DNA of 64,000 nt from an uncultured Actinomycetes bacterium (lineage in GTDB: Bacteria > Actinomycetota > Acidimicrobiia > Acidimicrobiales > Iamiaceae). Each line of letters begins with the position of its first letter. Positions within the stretch are counted from its first letter, which is position 1. The notes under the pieces were generated by a model. It was not told where the DNA came from. It did no database searches and was given only the letters and a program-made list of their open reading frames with translations. The stretch covers positions 411,368 through 475,367 of the forward strand of contig CAWELZ010000012.1 in the NCBI GenBank assembly GCA_963810075.1. Reading direction: 5' to 3'. This document shows, one piece after another, positions 40,747-51,111 of the stretch. Both the position numbers and the translations under genes were made by a program.

Positions 40747-43118
40747 ATGGCGAAGATGCCCGACCGACACGCCCGCTCGATGCTCCCGATCCCTGACCGG
40801 CCGACGCAGGGGCACACCACCTTCGACGCTCGTGATCCCGAGACGGCCTTTCCGCCGATCGAGCCGTTGTTGCCACCCGAGGGTGCTCCAAACGTCCTGA
40901 TCGTGCTCCTCGACGACGTCGGGTTCGGTGCATCGACGGCGTTCGGTGGACCGTGCTCGACGCCGAACGCAGAGCGTCTCGCAGCCGGGGGGCTCCGATA
41001 CAACCGGTTCCACACGACCGCGCTCTGTGCGCCGACCCGGCAGGCGATGTTGACCGGGCGCAACCACCACTCGGTCGGGATGGGGAGCATCACCGAGACG
41101 GCGACCTCCGCGCCGGGCAACTCGTCGCTGCGACCCAACACGAAGGCGCCCCTGGCCATGACGATGAAGCTCAACGGCTACTCGACGGCCCAGTTCGGCA
41201 AGTGCCACGAGGTGCCGGTCTGGCAGTCGTCGCCGCTCGGCCCCTTCGATGCCTGGCCCTCGGGCGGTGGCGGGTTCGAGACGTTCTACGGGTTCATCGG
41301 CGGCGAGAACAACCAGTGGGAGCCGGCCCTCTACGACGGCACGACCCCCGTCGAACCGCCGAAGACCCCGGAGGAGGGTTACCACCTCACCGAAGACCTC
41401 GCCGACCACGCGGTGAACTGGATCCGCCAGCAGAAGGCCCTGATGCCGGAGCGGCCGTTCTTCGCCTACTTCGCACCCGGCGCGACGCACGCCCCGCACC
41501 ACGTGCCCAAGGAATGGGCCGACAAGTACGCCGGGAAGTTCGACGATGGCTGGGACGTCCTGCGCGAGCAGACCTTCGCCCGGCAGAAGGAGCTCGGCAT
41601 CATCCCGGAGGACGCGGGTCTCACCGCTCGCCACGCCGAGATCACCGCGTGGGACGACATGCCCGACGAGCTGAAGCCGGTGCTCGCCCGCGAGATGGAG
41701 GTGTACGCGGGGTTCCTGGAGCACACCGACCACCACGTCGGGCGGGTCATCGATGCGATCGAAGACCTCGGAATCCTGGACAACACCATCATCTACTACA
41801 TCGTGGGTGACAACGGTGCGTCGGCCGAGGGCACGATGAACGGCGCCTTCAACGAGATGGCCAACTTCAACGGGATGGCGGCGCTGGAGACCCCCGAGTT
41901 CATGCTGTCCAAGGTCGACGAGTTCGGCACGCCGAGCTCGTACAACCACTACTCGGTCGGATGGGCGTGGGCCATGAACACCCCGTTCCAGTGGACCAAG
42001 CAGGTGGCGTCGCACTGGGGTGGCACGCGCAACGGCACCATCGTGCACTGGCCAAACGGGATCGAAGAGACGGGTGGGATGCGCTCGCAGTTCACCCACG
42101 TGATCGACATCGCGCCGACGATCCTCGAGGCCGCCGGGCTCCCCGAACCGACCATGGTGAACGGCGTGCAGCAGAGTCCGATGGAGGGGTCGAGCATGCT
42201 CTACACCTTCAACGAGCCGGATTCGCCGGAGCGTCACGACCTCCAGTACTTCGAGATGTTCGGCAATCGAGGGATCTACGACAAGGGGTGGAGCGCGGTC
42301 ACCAAGCACAAGACCCCGTGGATCATGGTGGGCGGCGAGATGCCGGCGTTCGATGACGACGTGTGGGAGCTCTACGACGGTACGAAGGACTTCAGCCAGG
42401 CCGTCGACCTGAGCGGGGAGCAGCCCGAGCGGCTCGCCAACCTGCAGCGGAAGTGGCTCATCGAGGCGACGAAGTACAACGTGCTGCCCATGGACGACCG
42501 CACGGGAGAGCGGTTGAACCCCGACATGGCCGGCCGGCCGACCTTGATCCACGGCGACACCCAGACGTTCTTCCCGGGGATGGGTCGGTTGTCCGAGAGC
42601 AGCGTCGTGAGCATCAAGAACCGCTCGTTCGCCGTCACCGCCGAGGTCGACGTCCCGCCGGACGGCCTCGACGGGGTGATCATCGCGCAGGGTGGGCAGT
42701 TCGGCGGCTGGTCGGTGTACACCAAGGACGGCCTCGTGAAGTTCGTCTACAACGTGCTCGGCATCCAGGAGTTCATCACCAGCGCCGACACCACCACTCC
42801 GGTCGGCACGCATCAGGTGCGCGTCGAGTTCGCCTACGACGGCGGTGGCCTCGCCAAGGGCGGCGACGTCACCCTCTACTGCGACGGGGCCAAGATCGGC
42901 GCCGGCAGGGTCGGCGCGACCCAGCCGATGGTCTTCTCGGCCGACGAGACGACCGACATCGGCTACGAGTCGGGCACGACGGTCGGGTCGGAGTACCCGC
43001 GGCCACGAGTCGTTTCACCGGCAAGATCCACTGGGTCGAGCTCAGCATCGGAGCAGACGACCATGACCACTTCATCGATCCGGAAGAGCGACACCGCATC
43101 GCGATCGCGCGGCAGTAG
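40747..43118 (+). pseudogene. Arylsulfatase (formylglycine-dependent sulfatase), with a frameshift near the C-terminus
   Basis: The sulfatase signature CAPTRQAMLTGR is in the N-domain, preceded by the RBS GGAGA. The product is about 790 aa, including a C-terminal beta domain. The last 40 codons (ATSRFTGKIHWVELSIGADDHDHFIDPEERHRIAIARQ) are in ORF 42363..43118. The junction is at about 43000. Confidence 0.65.
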
Positions 43119-43144
43119 CCGGCAACGGGCGATGGTGCCTTGAC

Positions 43145-45031
43145 GTGCGATTGAGAGGTCGACGGGCCCCTGCTTCAGCGACGGCGGTGAACCTTCGTCA
43201 CAAGGTCCGCTACCGGTTCGACAACCTCTTGGCACGGGGTACCGGGGCGGCGCTCATCTGGTTGGGCGTGGTCACGATCGTCGCAGTGCTCGTGAGCGCG
43301 ATGCTGCTCGCGGTCTTCGGTGTGACGTTCTCGGGGAGCGCGAGCGGCTCCTGGTTCGAGGACGGCTGGCAGAGCCTGTTGCGCATCCTCGACACCGGCA
43401 CGATGGCCGGTGACGTCGGCTGGGGTCGGCGCATCCTGGCGCTGCTCGTCACGCTGTTCGGCGTGCTCGTCGCCGGCACGCTCATCGGCATCATCGCGGC
43501 CGGCGTCGAGGACCGCATCGACGCCATGCGGCGTGGACGCAGCGTGGTGATCGAATCCGGCCACATCGTGATCTTGGGCGGATCAAGTCGCATCCCGATG
43601 ATCGTCAAGCAACTGGTGCTGGCCAACGCCCACACCGTCAAGAGCACGATCGTCCTCCTCGCCGAGCGCGACCCGACCGGGCTCCGGGAGGAGATCGTGG
43701 CGGCCGTGCCGGATCTGCTCGGGACGCGCATCGTGTACCGGTCAGGTGATCCGACGAAGCGCTCCGACCTGTCGCTCGTTCGCCTCGACGAAGCCCGTGG
43801 GGCGATCGTGCTCTCCGACGACGAGCGACCGGATGCGGCGGTGGTGCAAACGGTGTTGGCCATCTCCGCCGAGCTCGGCGATCTCCATTCCCTTCCCGTC
43901 GTCGTCGAGGTCGCGGAGCCGACGACGGCGGAGCGACTCGTTCGCGCCTGCGGCCCGACGGTGCACCCGATCGTCACCGAAGTCGCGATCGCGAGAACCG
44001 CGGCGTTCGCGCTTCGACAGCGCGGACTCAGCCAAGTGCTCACGGAGCTCACCGACTTCCGGGGATGCGACCTGCACGTGACGGAGCGGCCTGAGCTGGT
44101 GGGACGCCGCTTCGATGAGATCGTCGGCCACTTCGCCAATGCGCGTCCGCTCGGCATGGCCCACCCCGACGGTCGGATCGAGCTCAATCCGTCCAGGGAC
44201 ACGGTCCTTGCCAGCGGCGATCGGCTCGTCGTCATCGCCCAGGACCTCGACACGCTCGTCGTGCAGCCGGACGCGGCGCGCCTCCCGGGGGTTGCACCCG
44301 GCAGCGCGCGTTCGGAGCTGTCGACCGAGCGAGTCGAAGAGCACCTCCTCATCGTGGGTTGGAACCACCTCGGGCCGGATCTGCTCGAGGGTTGGGCGAC
44401 GGACACCGCGGCGGCGTCGACGGTTGACGTGGCCTTCGATCCGAGCCTGATCGACACCGACGACGTGGCCGTGCCCGACCTCGACCTCGAAGTCCGGCGC
44501 ACCCCCGTCGGAGATCTGTCGTCGTTGTCCCTGGGTCGCCCGCCGACCACGATCGTGGTGCTCGGGTACACCGCCGTGGGAACCGACGAGGCCGACTCGC
44601 GCACGCTGCTCGGGGTGATGGAGCTCCGGCGGCGCTTCTCGATCGACCACGCGTGCCCGCGGTTGGTCGTCCAATTGCTCGACGCCGTGCACCTCGACCT
44701 CGCCGTGCTCACCGGCCCTGACGACTTCCTCGTCAGCGGGGCGCTCGGGAGCCAGCTCATCGCCCAGTTGTTCGAACAGCCCGAGCGGCGCGGTGTCCTG
44801 CTCGAGTTGTACTCCGGCGATGGTCCGTCGATCCGAATGGTCCCATGTGGTCGACTGGATCTGGTGGGTGAGCGCACCATGGCCGAGATCATCGCCAGAG
44901 CCTTCGCGTCAGGTCTGCTGGCAATCGGCTGGCGTCGTTCGGTGGCGCTGGGCAGTCAGCTCGTGCTCAACCCGGAGGTGTCCGATCACATCACGCTCGC
45001 GCCCGACGACGAGATCGTGGTCATCGGATGA
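43145..45031 (+). CDS. CASTOR/POLLUX-like ion channel with tandem RCK/TrkA-N-like domains
   Basis: The N-terminus VRYRFDNLLARGTG is followed by two or three TM helices and a pore-like segment, then two RCK-like repeats (IVILGGSSR, LLIVGWNHLG). The true start may be the GTG at 43187. Confidence 0.5.
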   Translation: MRLRGRRAPASATAVNLRHKVRYRFDNLLARGTGAALIWLGVVTIVAVLVSAMLLAVFGVTFSGSASGSWFEDGWQSLLRILDTGTMAGDVGWGRRILALLVTLFGVLVAGTLIGIIAAGVEDRIDAMRRGRSVVIESGHIVILGGSSRIPMIVKQLVLANAHTVKSTIVLLAERDPTGLREEIVAAVPDLLGTRIVYRSGDPTKRSDLSLVRLDEARGAIVLSDDERPDAAVVQTVLAISAELGDLHSLPVVVEVAEPTTAERLVRACGPTVHPIVTEVAIARTAAFALRQRGLSQVLTELTDFRGCDLHVTERPELVGRRFDEIVGHFANARPLGMAHPDGRIELNPSRDTVLASGDRLVVIAQDLDTLVVQPDAARLPGVAPGSARSELSTERVEEHLLIVGWNHLGPDLLEGWATDTAAASTVDVAFDPSLIDTDDVAVPDLDLEVRRTPVGDLSSLSLGRPPTTIVVLGYTAVGTDEADSRTLLGVMELRRRFSIDHACPRLVVQLLDAVHLDLAVLTGPDDFLVSGALGSQLIAQLFEQPERRGVLLELYSGDGPSIRMVPCGRLDLVGERTMAEIIARAFASGLLAIGWRRSVALGSQLVLNPEVSDHITLAPDDEIVVIG

Positions 45032-45130
45032 GCGGTCGGTGACGATCGTGACGCTGGGGTGACTCGAGACGCTGCGCTCGCCACCGCTCCGGTACGCCAA
45101 CGTGCCGGAGTCTCCAGGTAGGTTGCTGAC

Positions 45131-45856
45131 GTGGCGCTACCCGGCATCGACCCGAAGAGCATCCCGAGCCACGTCGCCTGTGTCATGGACGGCAACGGTC
45201 GCTGGGCGCAGCAACGCGGGCTCAAGCGCACCGAGGGGCACGCCGCGGGCGAGGACGCGCTGTTCGACACCGTCGAGGGCGCGCTCGAGCTCGGCCTCGA
45301 GCACTTCACCGTCTATGCCTTCAGCACCGAGAACTGGAAGCGCCCGGCCGACGAGGTGCGTTACCTGATGGGCTTCAACGAGGGCATCCTGAAGCGCCAC
45401 ACCGACGAGCTCGACGAGAAGGGCGTGCGGATCCGGTTCCTGGGACGTCGCGACTGGCGGGTGCCGCGCCGGATCCTGCACCGCATCGACGAGGCCACCG
45501 AGCAGACCCGCCGGAATCGCACCATGACGTTCAACGTCTGCTTCAACTACGGCGGTCGGGCCGAGATCATCGACGCGGTCAAGGCGCTGGTCGACGAGGG
45601 GGTGCCGGCCTCGAAGATCAACGAGAAGGCGATCCGCACGCGGCTCTATGCGCCCGACCTGCCCGATCCCGACCTGGTCGTGCGCACCTCCGGCGAGCAC
45701 CGGATCTCCAACTTCCTGCTCTGGGAGCTGGCCTACAGCGAGCTCGTGTTCACCGACGTGTTGTGGCCTGATTTCCGCCGTCAGCACCTGTTCGACGCGG
45801 TGAGCGAGTACCAGGCTCGAGAGCGGCGCTTCGGAGGCGTCCAAGGTCGGAGGTGA
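45131..45856 (+). CDS. uppS: Isoprenyl transferase (undecaprenyl-diphosphate synthase family)
   Basis: MDGNGRWA, FSTENWKRP, FNYGGR and LLWELAYSEL motifs are present. The start is the GTG at 45131. Confidence 0.85.
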   Translation: MALPGIDPKSIPSHVACVMDGNGRWAQQRGLKRTEGHAAGEDALFDTVEGALELGLEHFTVYAFSTENWKRPADEVRYLMGFNEGILKRHTDELDEKGVRIRFLGRRDWRVPRRILHRIDEATEQTRRNRTMTFNVCFNYGGRAEIIDAVKALVDEGVPASKINEKAIRTRLYAPDLPDPDLVVRTSGEHRISNFLLWELAYSELVFTDVLWPDFRRQHLFDAVSEYQARERRFGGVQGRR

Positions 45857-46564
45857 GTGATGCTCTACCGCGAACGTGGTGTGGTGCTGCGCACCCACAA
45901 GTTGGGTGAGGCCGACCGGATCATCTCGCTCATGACCGAGGGGCACGGCAAGGTGCGCGCCGTCGCCAAGGGTGTGCGCAAGACGCAGTCCAAGTTCGGG
46001 TCGCGCCTCGAGCCGACGGGCCACGTCGCGCTGCAGCTGCATGAGGGCCGGAACCTGGACCTGGTCACGCAGGTCGAGACCGTCGAGCTGTTCGACGGTC
46101 TGCGTGACGACCTCGACACGCTCCGGCGCGCGGTCTCGATGCTCGAGGTGGTCGACCAGGTCGCGCAGGAGGGCGAGCCCGACGGCGCGCTCTACCGGAT
46201 GCTGGCCGGTGCGTTGCGCACGCTGGCGGAGACGGGCAACGCGATGGTCGTGCCGGCGTTCTTCTGCAAGCTGCTGGCGCACGACGGCGTGCGGCCGGTG
46301 ACCGACCGGTGCGCCGACTGCGGGACCACCGAGGACCTCGTGGCGTTCGACCTGGGGCACGGCGGCGTGCTGTGCCGCACCCACCGGAAGGGCCAGCCGA
46401 TCTCGACGCCCGCGCTCGCGATCTTCTCGGACGTGCTCGGCGGACGGATGAACCAGGTGCTGACCCTCGACGCGAGCCCCGCCACCGTCGAGTTCGAAGG
46501 CGTGGCGACCCGCACCGTCGAGGTTCACCTGGAGCGGCGCCTCCGCTCGGTCGGGCTCTACTAG
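45857..46564 (+). CDS. recO: DNA repair protein RecO
   Basis: An OB-fold N-terminus (MLYRERGVVLRTHKLGEADRIISLMTEGHGKVRAVAKG) and a zinc-finger-like CADCG...C..H are present. It is immediately downstream of uppS. Confidence 0.8.
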   Translation: MMLYRERGVVLRTHKLGEADRIISLMTEGHGKVRAVAKGVRKTQSKFGSRLEPTGHVALQLHEGRNLDLVTQVETVELFDGLRDDLDTLRRAVSMLEVVDQVAQEGEPDGALYRMLAGALRTLAETGNAMVVPAFFCKLLAHDGVRPVTDRCADCGTTEDLVAFDLGHGGVLCRTHRKGQPISTPALAIFSDVLGGRMNQVLTLDASPATVEFEGVATRTVEVHLERRLRSVGLY

Positions 46565-48618
46565 CGGTCCGTCTGTGACGAGGTGTCCTCATCGCCCGGT
46601 TCGGTGGGAGGTTCGATGTCTGACGGCGCCATGATTGGCTCGGGCTCGGGTTGAACCGGGCCACTGTCAGCCAGCTTTCGCATGGCCAGCGCCCCAAGAC
46701 CGTCGAGGATGCCGGCACCCTCGCCAACCAAGAAGTCAGGCGTGATCTTGACTCCGCCAGCACCGATCTCGTGGAGAGCGGCAACCAGGGCAGTCTGCTC
46801 AGCGCCGATGGCTTCCTGTTGTGCCTTGAAGCCTTCCGCCTGAGCCACGCCCTTCTTCTCGACGGCGGTTGCCTCAGCAGTACCGACAGCCGTGATCCTG
46901 GCTGCATCGGCCGTACCGAGGCGTTCCACCACCTTGCCCTCACCTTCGGCCTGAGCCACGGCGGCGTCAGCTTCGGCGGTCTTGATGTCGACGCTGACGC
47001 GCGCTGCTGCCAGCTCACCCTGCATGTCGGCCACACCGCGCTGTTGTTCGAGCTCGATGCGTGCCTCCTGAGCGATGCGCTGGTTCTCGAAGGTTGCGGT
47101 CTCCTGGGCAGCGATCTCTCGCTGAGTCAGTACGTCGACCAGATCCTGCGGGAAGATGACATCCTGGATGTACACGCCCTTGGTCTCGACGTTGTAGGCG
47201 CTGAGGTACTCGTGGATGTACTCCTGGGCTTGCGCCTGAACCTCGTCGCGCTTCTGGATGAACTCCGTGGCACCCAGGGACTGCAGCTTGTTGCGGAAGT
47301 AGTTGCCCACTGCCGACTGCAGCACCTCGTTGACGAGGTTGGCAATGGTCCCGACCATCGAGATGACCTTGGGGGCCATGGTGTCCGGCACGTGGATCTG
47401 CACCTGAAGATCGATGCTGAAGTCGAAGGCTTCCTTCGACTTGGCACTGATCGGTGAGAGTTGCTTGTCCAGATCGTGCGCCTCACTGTTGGCGTTCGCC
47501 CAGTTGAGCGTCAGGATCGAGGTGGGGACGATCTCCGAACCGTAGATGCGTGGGTTCAAGGAGAACTTGCCGGTGCGCAACGACTCCGACCAGATCCCTT
47601 GGTGACCCGGCTTCACGATGGAGCCGAACTTGAACTCCTCACCTGAGGTGTCCTCCGTTGGCAAGCCCAGGTAGGACTTGATGACGGCGACTTCACCCTG
47701 GCTGACCACCAGCATGGGGACCAGCTCCACCTGCACCAGCAACGGGTTGAGCACGTACGCCCCGTAAGAGAGCGTGTCATGCTGCAGACCGTTGCGCCCG
47801 CCGGCATCCAGGAAGGCTTGGAAATCCTGGTAGCTGTTGTGGATGCGGTTCTTGGACTCCAGGTCCTTGTTGATGATCTCCGAGTCGGTGGCGTTGTTGG
47901 CCACCAGTTCGGCGATGTCATCGAACCCGCCGATACGGCTGGCAAAGGCACCCGGGTCGGGGCCTTCGAGCGCCGTCACCACACCAACCACATCTTGGCC
48001 CTGTTGGGGGGCGATGTGGAGCACGCGCAGCCTGTTGCGATTGATGTTGGCGATGGCTGCCTCGGTTGCCGATGAGACGATCTCACCGAATGTGTCGTTC
48101 GGTGTGAGCACCACGAACGCAACAGGGTGCAGCGGCGCCGTCGTGCCCGGGGGCAGGACGTGACGCTGCACACCTCGCTGACCACCCATTTCCAGGAAGA
48201 CTTCGAGATTGCCGAAGTTCTCGAACTCTGGCTTGTAGATGGCTGACTTGGCACCGCTGGGCAAGGCTGCACCACTCTGGGCCACGACCAGTCCGATGTT
48301 GTCGGGCGGGACCTGAACCCAGGCGTAGGTGTCAACGTTGTAGATGGGCCAAAGCTTGAACCGCAAGCCTGGCATGAGCAGCTCGGCTTGGTAGCCGGCT
48401 TCACCTTCGAAGGCGATGAGCTGATCACCTTGGAGCTTCTTGCCGAAGCGCTTGTTGACCAACCCGACTTCCGACGGGCCGATGCTGTTGAACGACTTCG
48501 TCAAGAACCTCAAGACGAGGACGACAACCAGAAGCCCAAGGACTCCCAGCACGATCGCTACGGCAGGGGAACTTCCTGTCGATGCGATCACACTTGAAGG
48601 GAAAGCGACGATGTCCAT
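46561..48618 (-). CDS. Flotillin-family (SPFH/band-7) membrane scaffold protein
   Basis: The 685-aa ORF is intact. It has an N-terminal TM helix, an SPFH domain, and a long Ala/Glu/Gln-rich coiled-coil tail (AQEARIELEQQRGVADMQGELAAARVSVDIKTAEADAAVAQAEGEG). Confidence 0.75.
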   Translation of the reverse strand: MDIVAFPSSVIASTGSSPAVAIVLGVLGLLVVVLVLRFLTKSFNSIGPSEVGLVNKRFGKKLQGDQLIAFEGEAGYQAELLMPGLRFKLWPIYNVDTYAWVQVPPDNIGLVVAQSGAALPSGAKSAIYKPEFENFGNLEVFLEMGGQRGVQRHVLPPGTTAPLHPVAFVVLTPNDTFGEIVSSATEAAIANINRNRLRVLHIAPQQGQDVVGVVTALEGPDPGAFASRIGGFDDIAELVANNATDSEIINKDLESKNRIHNSYQDFQAFLDAGGRNGLQHDTLSYGAYVLNPLLVQVELVPMLVVSQGEVAVIKSYLGLPTEDTSGEEFKFGSIVKPGHQGIWSESLRTGKFSLNPRIYGSEIVPTSILTLNWANANSEAHDLDKQLSPISAKSKEAFDFSIDLQVQIHVPDTMAPKVISMVGTIANLVNEVLQSAVGNYFRNKLQSLGATEFIQKRDEVQAQAQEYIHEYLSAYNVETKGVYIQDVIFPQDLVDVLTQREIAAQETATFENQRIAQEARIELEQQRGVADMQGELAAARVSVDIKTAEADAAVAQAEGEGKVVERLGTADAARITAVGTAEATAVEKKGVAQAEGFKAQQEAIGAEQTALVAALHEIGAGGVKITPDFLVGEGAGILDGLGALAMRKLADSGPVQPEPEPIMAPSDIEPPTEPGDEDTSSQTDR

Positions 48619-48736
48619 GGTCTTGGACCTTTCGGGTCAGTCAGATGTCGTGTGTGAACGGGGGTGCCGGCCATTTGGGACTGCTGCACCCTGACCCACC
48701 ACGCCAATTCACTGACGGGCCACTGGCGGCGGCCCG

Positions 48737-49720
48737 TCAGGTGCTGATGGGCTTCCACTGCTGACTGCGCTGGTCGAACTCGAGCCAGGCCTGCCGTGCG
48801 GAGTCGTACTGGATGTAGGTGTTGCGCTCGGCGTCCCAGGTCGGCACGTCGGCCTCGTAGTCGGAGGATGACGAATCCGGCGCCGGCTGCGTCGGCGGCG
48901 GAGAGGAGGTGGGCGCCCAGGGGTTGGGGGTCGTGGGAGACGCCGCACCCGGGTCGGCGCCGGGAGGTGGTCCGGTCGGGCCGGGAGGCGCCCCGAACTG
49001 ACCGGGCGGAGGACCGAACTGACCGGGCGGAGGACCGAACTGACCGGGGGGTGGGCCACCGTAGGGACCCGGGGTCGGGGCGCCGTAGGAGGGGGACGGG
49101 AACTGGCCGTAGCCGGGTTGCCCCGGCAGGATCACCGGGTTCCCCATGAGCTGCTGGGGCACCACGTAGGTGCCGGCGATCATGTCGCCGACCCGCCGGT
49201 GGCCGGTGCTGGCGAACATGGCAACACCGCCGATGATCGGCACTCCACACGTGAGCGCGTCGATGATCCAGCCGAACGTCCGAGCGAACGAGGCGCCGAT
49301 CCCGGCCTGTCGACCATCGGCCTTGACGACGCGCAGGCTGAGCGCCAACTTCCCAACGCTCGCGCCGAAGACTCCTTGCACCACGACGTAGACCACGAAC
49401 AGGCCCAGGAAGATCCAGACGAGGCCATACCAGTGCGAGACCACTTGGGCCTTGCCCGAACCATCGGCGAGGCAGAATTGCGACAGGTCGTGCGTGCGGT
49501 TCCAGGCGGTGCAGAACTGCTGCGCCTTGGCCGTGTCGGTCCCGAAGTCGTGCGCGACGACATCGGGCGAAAGTCCCAACACGAGGCTCACCAGCTGGAA
49601 CAGGATCAGGAACACGATCCCGTCGACGACCCAGGCCAGGACACGCTTCCAGGCGACGTCGGTCGGGTCGATGGGTGCGGGCGGCGGCATCGCGTAGGGG
49701 TACTGGCTCACCCAGCGCAC
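48737..49720 (-). CDS. RDD-family membrane protein with a Pro-rich repeat region (PPGQFG x3) and C-terminal tail
   Basis: An RDD-like N-terminal membrane domain is present (WKRVLAWVVDGIVFLILFQLV...). It is followed by GPPPGQFGPPPGQFGPPPGQFGAPPGPTGPPPG, encoded by a 21-bp tandem repeat. Confidence 0.6.
   Translation of the reverse strand: MRWVSQYPYAMPPPAPIDPTDVAWKRVLAWVVDGIVFLILFQLVSLVLGLSPDVVAHDFGTDTAKAQQFCTAWNRTHDLSQFCLADGSGKAQVVSHWYGLVWIFLGLFVVYVVVQGVFGASVGKLALSLRVVKADGRQAGIGASFARTFGWIIDALTCGVPIIGGVAMFASTGHRRVGDMIAGTYVVPQQLMGNPVILPGQPGYGQFPSPSYGAPTPGPYGGPPPGQFGPPPGQFGPPPGQFGAPPGPTGPPPGADPGAASPTTPNPWAPTSSPPPTQPAPDSSSSDYEADVPTWDAERNTYIQYDSARQAWLEFDQRSQQWKPIST
48984..49050. repeat. Imperfect 21-24 bp tandem repeat (3 copies) within the RDD-family gene
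   Basis: The sequence gaggcgccccgaactgaccgggcg gaggaccgaactgaccgggcg gaggaccgaactgaccggg encodes PPGQFG repeats on the minus strand. Confidence 0.6.
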
Positions 49721-49779
49721 GCTAACCCACCCCGATCCGACCGACGGGGCGCGGACACCTCCCCACTACCCTCGGCGCC

Positions 49780-51102
49780 ATGAGCATCGAGCCCACGCCC
49801 GACAAGATGGACGCCGTCGTCAACCTCTGCAAGCGGCGCGGCTTCGTGTTCCCCTCGGCGGAGATCTACGGCGGGTTCCGCTCGACCTACGACTACGGCC
49901 CGATCGGCGTGCTCCTGCTCCGCAACGTCAAGGATGCCTGGTGGCGCTCGATGGTGCAGCTCCGCCACGACGTCGTCGGCCTCGACGCGGCGATCCTGTC
50001 GCCCCCGGCCATCTGGGAGGCCTCGGGGCACCTTCAGAACTTCACCGACCCGCTTGTCGACTGTCGCAGCTGCAAGGAGCGGTTCCGCCTCGACAAGCTC
50101 GACGACCCGGACGAGTGCCCGAACTGCCACGCGAAGGGCAGCTTCACCGAGGCGCGTCAGTTCAACCTCATGTTCTCCACATATGCGGGACCGATCGAGA
50201 ACCAGGGCACCGAGGTGTTCCTGAGGCCCGAGACGGCCCAGGGGATGTTCACCAACTTCTCGAACGTGCTCACGACGAGCCGCAAGAAGCCGCCGTTCGG
50301 GATCGCCCAGATCGGCAAGTCGTTCCGCAACGAGATCACGCCCGGCAACTTCGTGTTCCGGACCCGCGAGTTCGAGCAGATGGAGATGGAGTTCTTCGTG
50401 CCGCCGGACGAGGCCGAGCAGTGGTACGAGTACTGGTGCAAGGCCCGCTACCAGTGGTACCTCGACCTCGGCATGCCGGAAGCGGAGCTGCGGCTCCGGC
50501 CGCACGACGCGGATGAGCTGAGCCACTACTCGTCGGGCACCTCGGATGTGGAGTTCCTGTTCCCGTGGGGTTGGGACGAGCTCGAGGGCATCGCCAACCG
50601 AGGTGACTATGACCTGAAGGCACACGCTGCGGCGTCGGGTGAGAAGCTCGACTACTTCGACCAGGCGGCGAACGAGCGCTACACGCCGCACGTGATCGAG
50701 CCGGCCGCCGGGGCGACCCGCACGATGATGGCGTTCCTGCTCGCCGCCTACGACACCGAGGAGGTGCGTGGCGAGACCCGCACCGTGCTGCGGCTGCACC
50801 CGCGTCTGGCGCCGTACAAGGTGGCGGTCTTGCCCCTGTCCAAGAAGCCCGAGCTGTCAGGGGTCGCCAACGAGGTGCTGGAGCTGGTCCAGCCGAAGTG
50901 GATGGTCGACTACGACGAGACCCAGGCGATCGGACGTCGCTACCGCCGCCAGGACGAGCTCGGCACGCCGTACTGCGTGACCGTCGACTTCGACACGCTC
51001 GAGGACCGGGCCGTCACCGTGCGCGATCGCGACTCGATGGACCAGGACCGCGTCGCCATCGCTGACCTCGTCGGCTACCTCGAAGAGCGCCTCGCGCTCT
51101 GA
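49780..51102 (+). CDS. glyQS: Glycine--tRNA ligase (class II, dimeric GlyQS type)
   Basis: The 440-aa ORF is intact. Class II motifs are present ([35 protein letters not shown]), along with a C-terminal anticodon-binding domain. Confidence 0.85.
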   Translation: MSIEPTPDKMDAVVNLCKRRGFVFPSAEIYGGFRSTYDYGPIGVLLLRNVKDAWWRSMVQLRHDVVGLDAAILSPPAIWEASGHLQNFTDPLVDCRSCKERFRLDKLDDPDECPNCHAKGSFTEARQFNLMFSTYAGPIENQGTEVFLRPETAQGMFTNFSNVLTTSRKKPPFGIAQIGKSFRNEITPGNFVFRTREFEQMEMEFFVPPDEAEQWYEYWCKARYQWYLDLGMPEAELRLRPHDADELSHYSSGTSDVEFLFPWGWDELEGIANRGDYDLKAHAAASGEKLDYFDQAANERYTPHVIEPAAGATRTMMAFLLAAYDTEEVRGETRTVLRLHPRLAPYKVAVLPLSKKPELSGVANEVLELVQPKWMVDYDETQAIGRRYRRQDELGTPYCVTVDFDTLEDRAVTVRDRDSMDQDRVAIADLVGYLEERLAL

Positions 51103-51111
51103 GGCGTGTGC

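Noticed and set aside
40174-42813. 879-aa minus-strand ORF across the SHOCT membrane gene and the arylsulfatase
   Set aside because: It is antisense to a sulfatase carrying the CAPTRQ signature, and its translation is low complexity (R/G/V/D-rich).
43210-44892. 560-aa minus-strand ORF opposite the CASTOR-like channel
   Set aside because: It is antisense, and its translation is Ser/Thr/Arg/Pro-rich without TM or domain motifs.
48984-49050. Tandem direct repeats examined as a possible CRISPR or minisatellite
   Set aside because: There are only three units, with no spacers. They lie inside a coding region and encode an in-frame PPGQFG peptide repeat.
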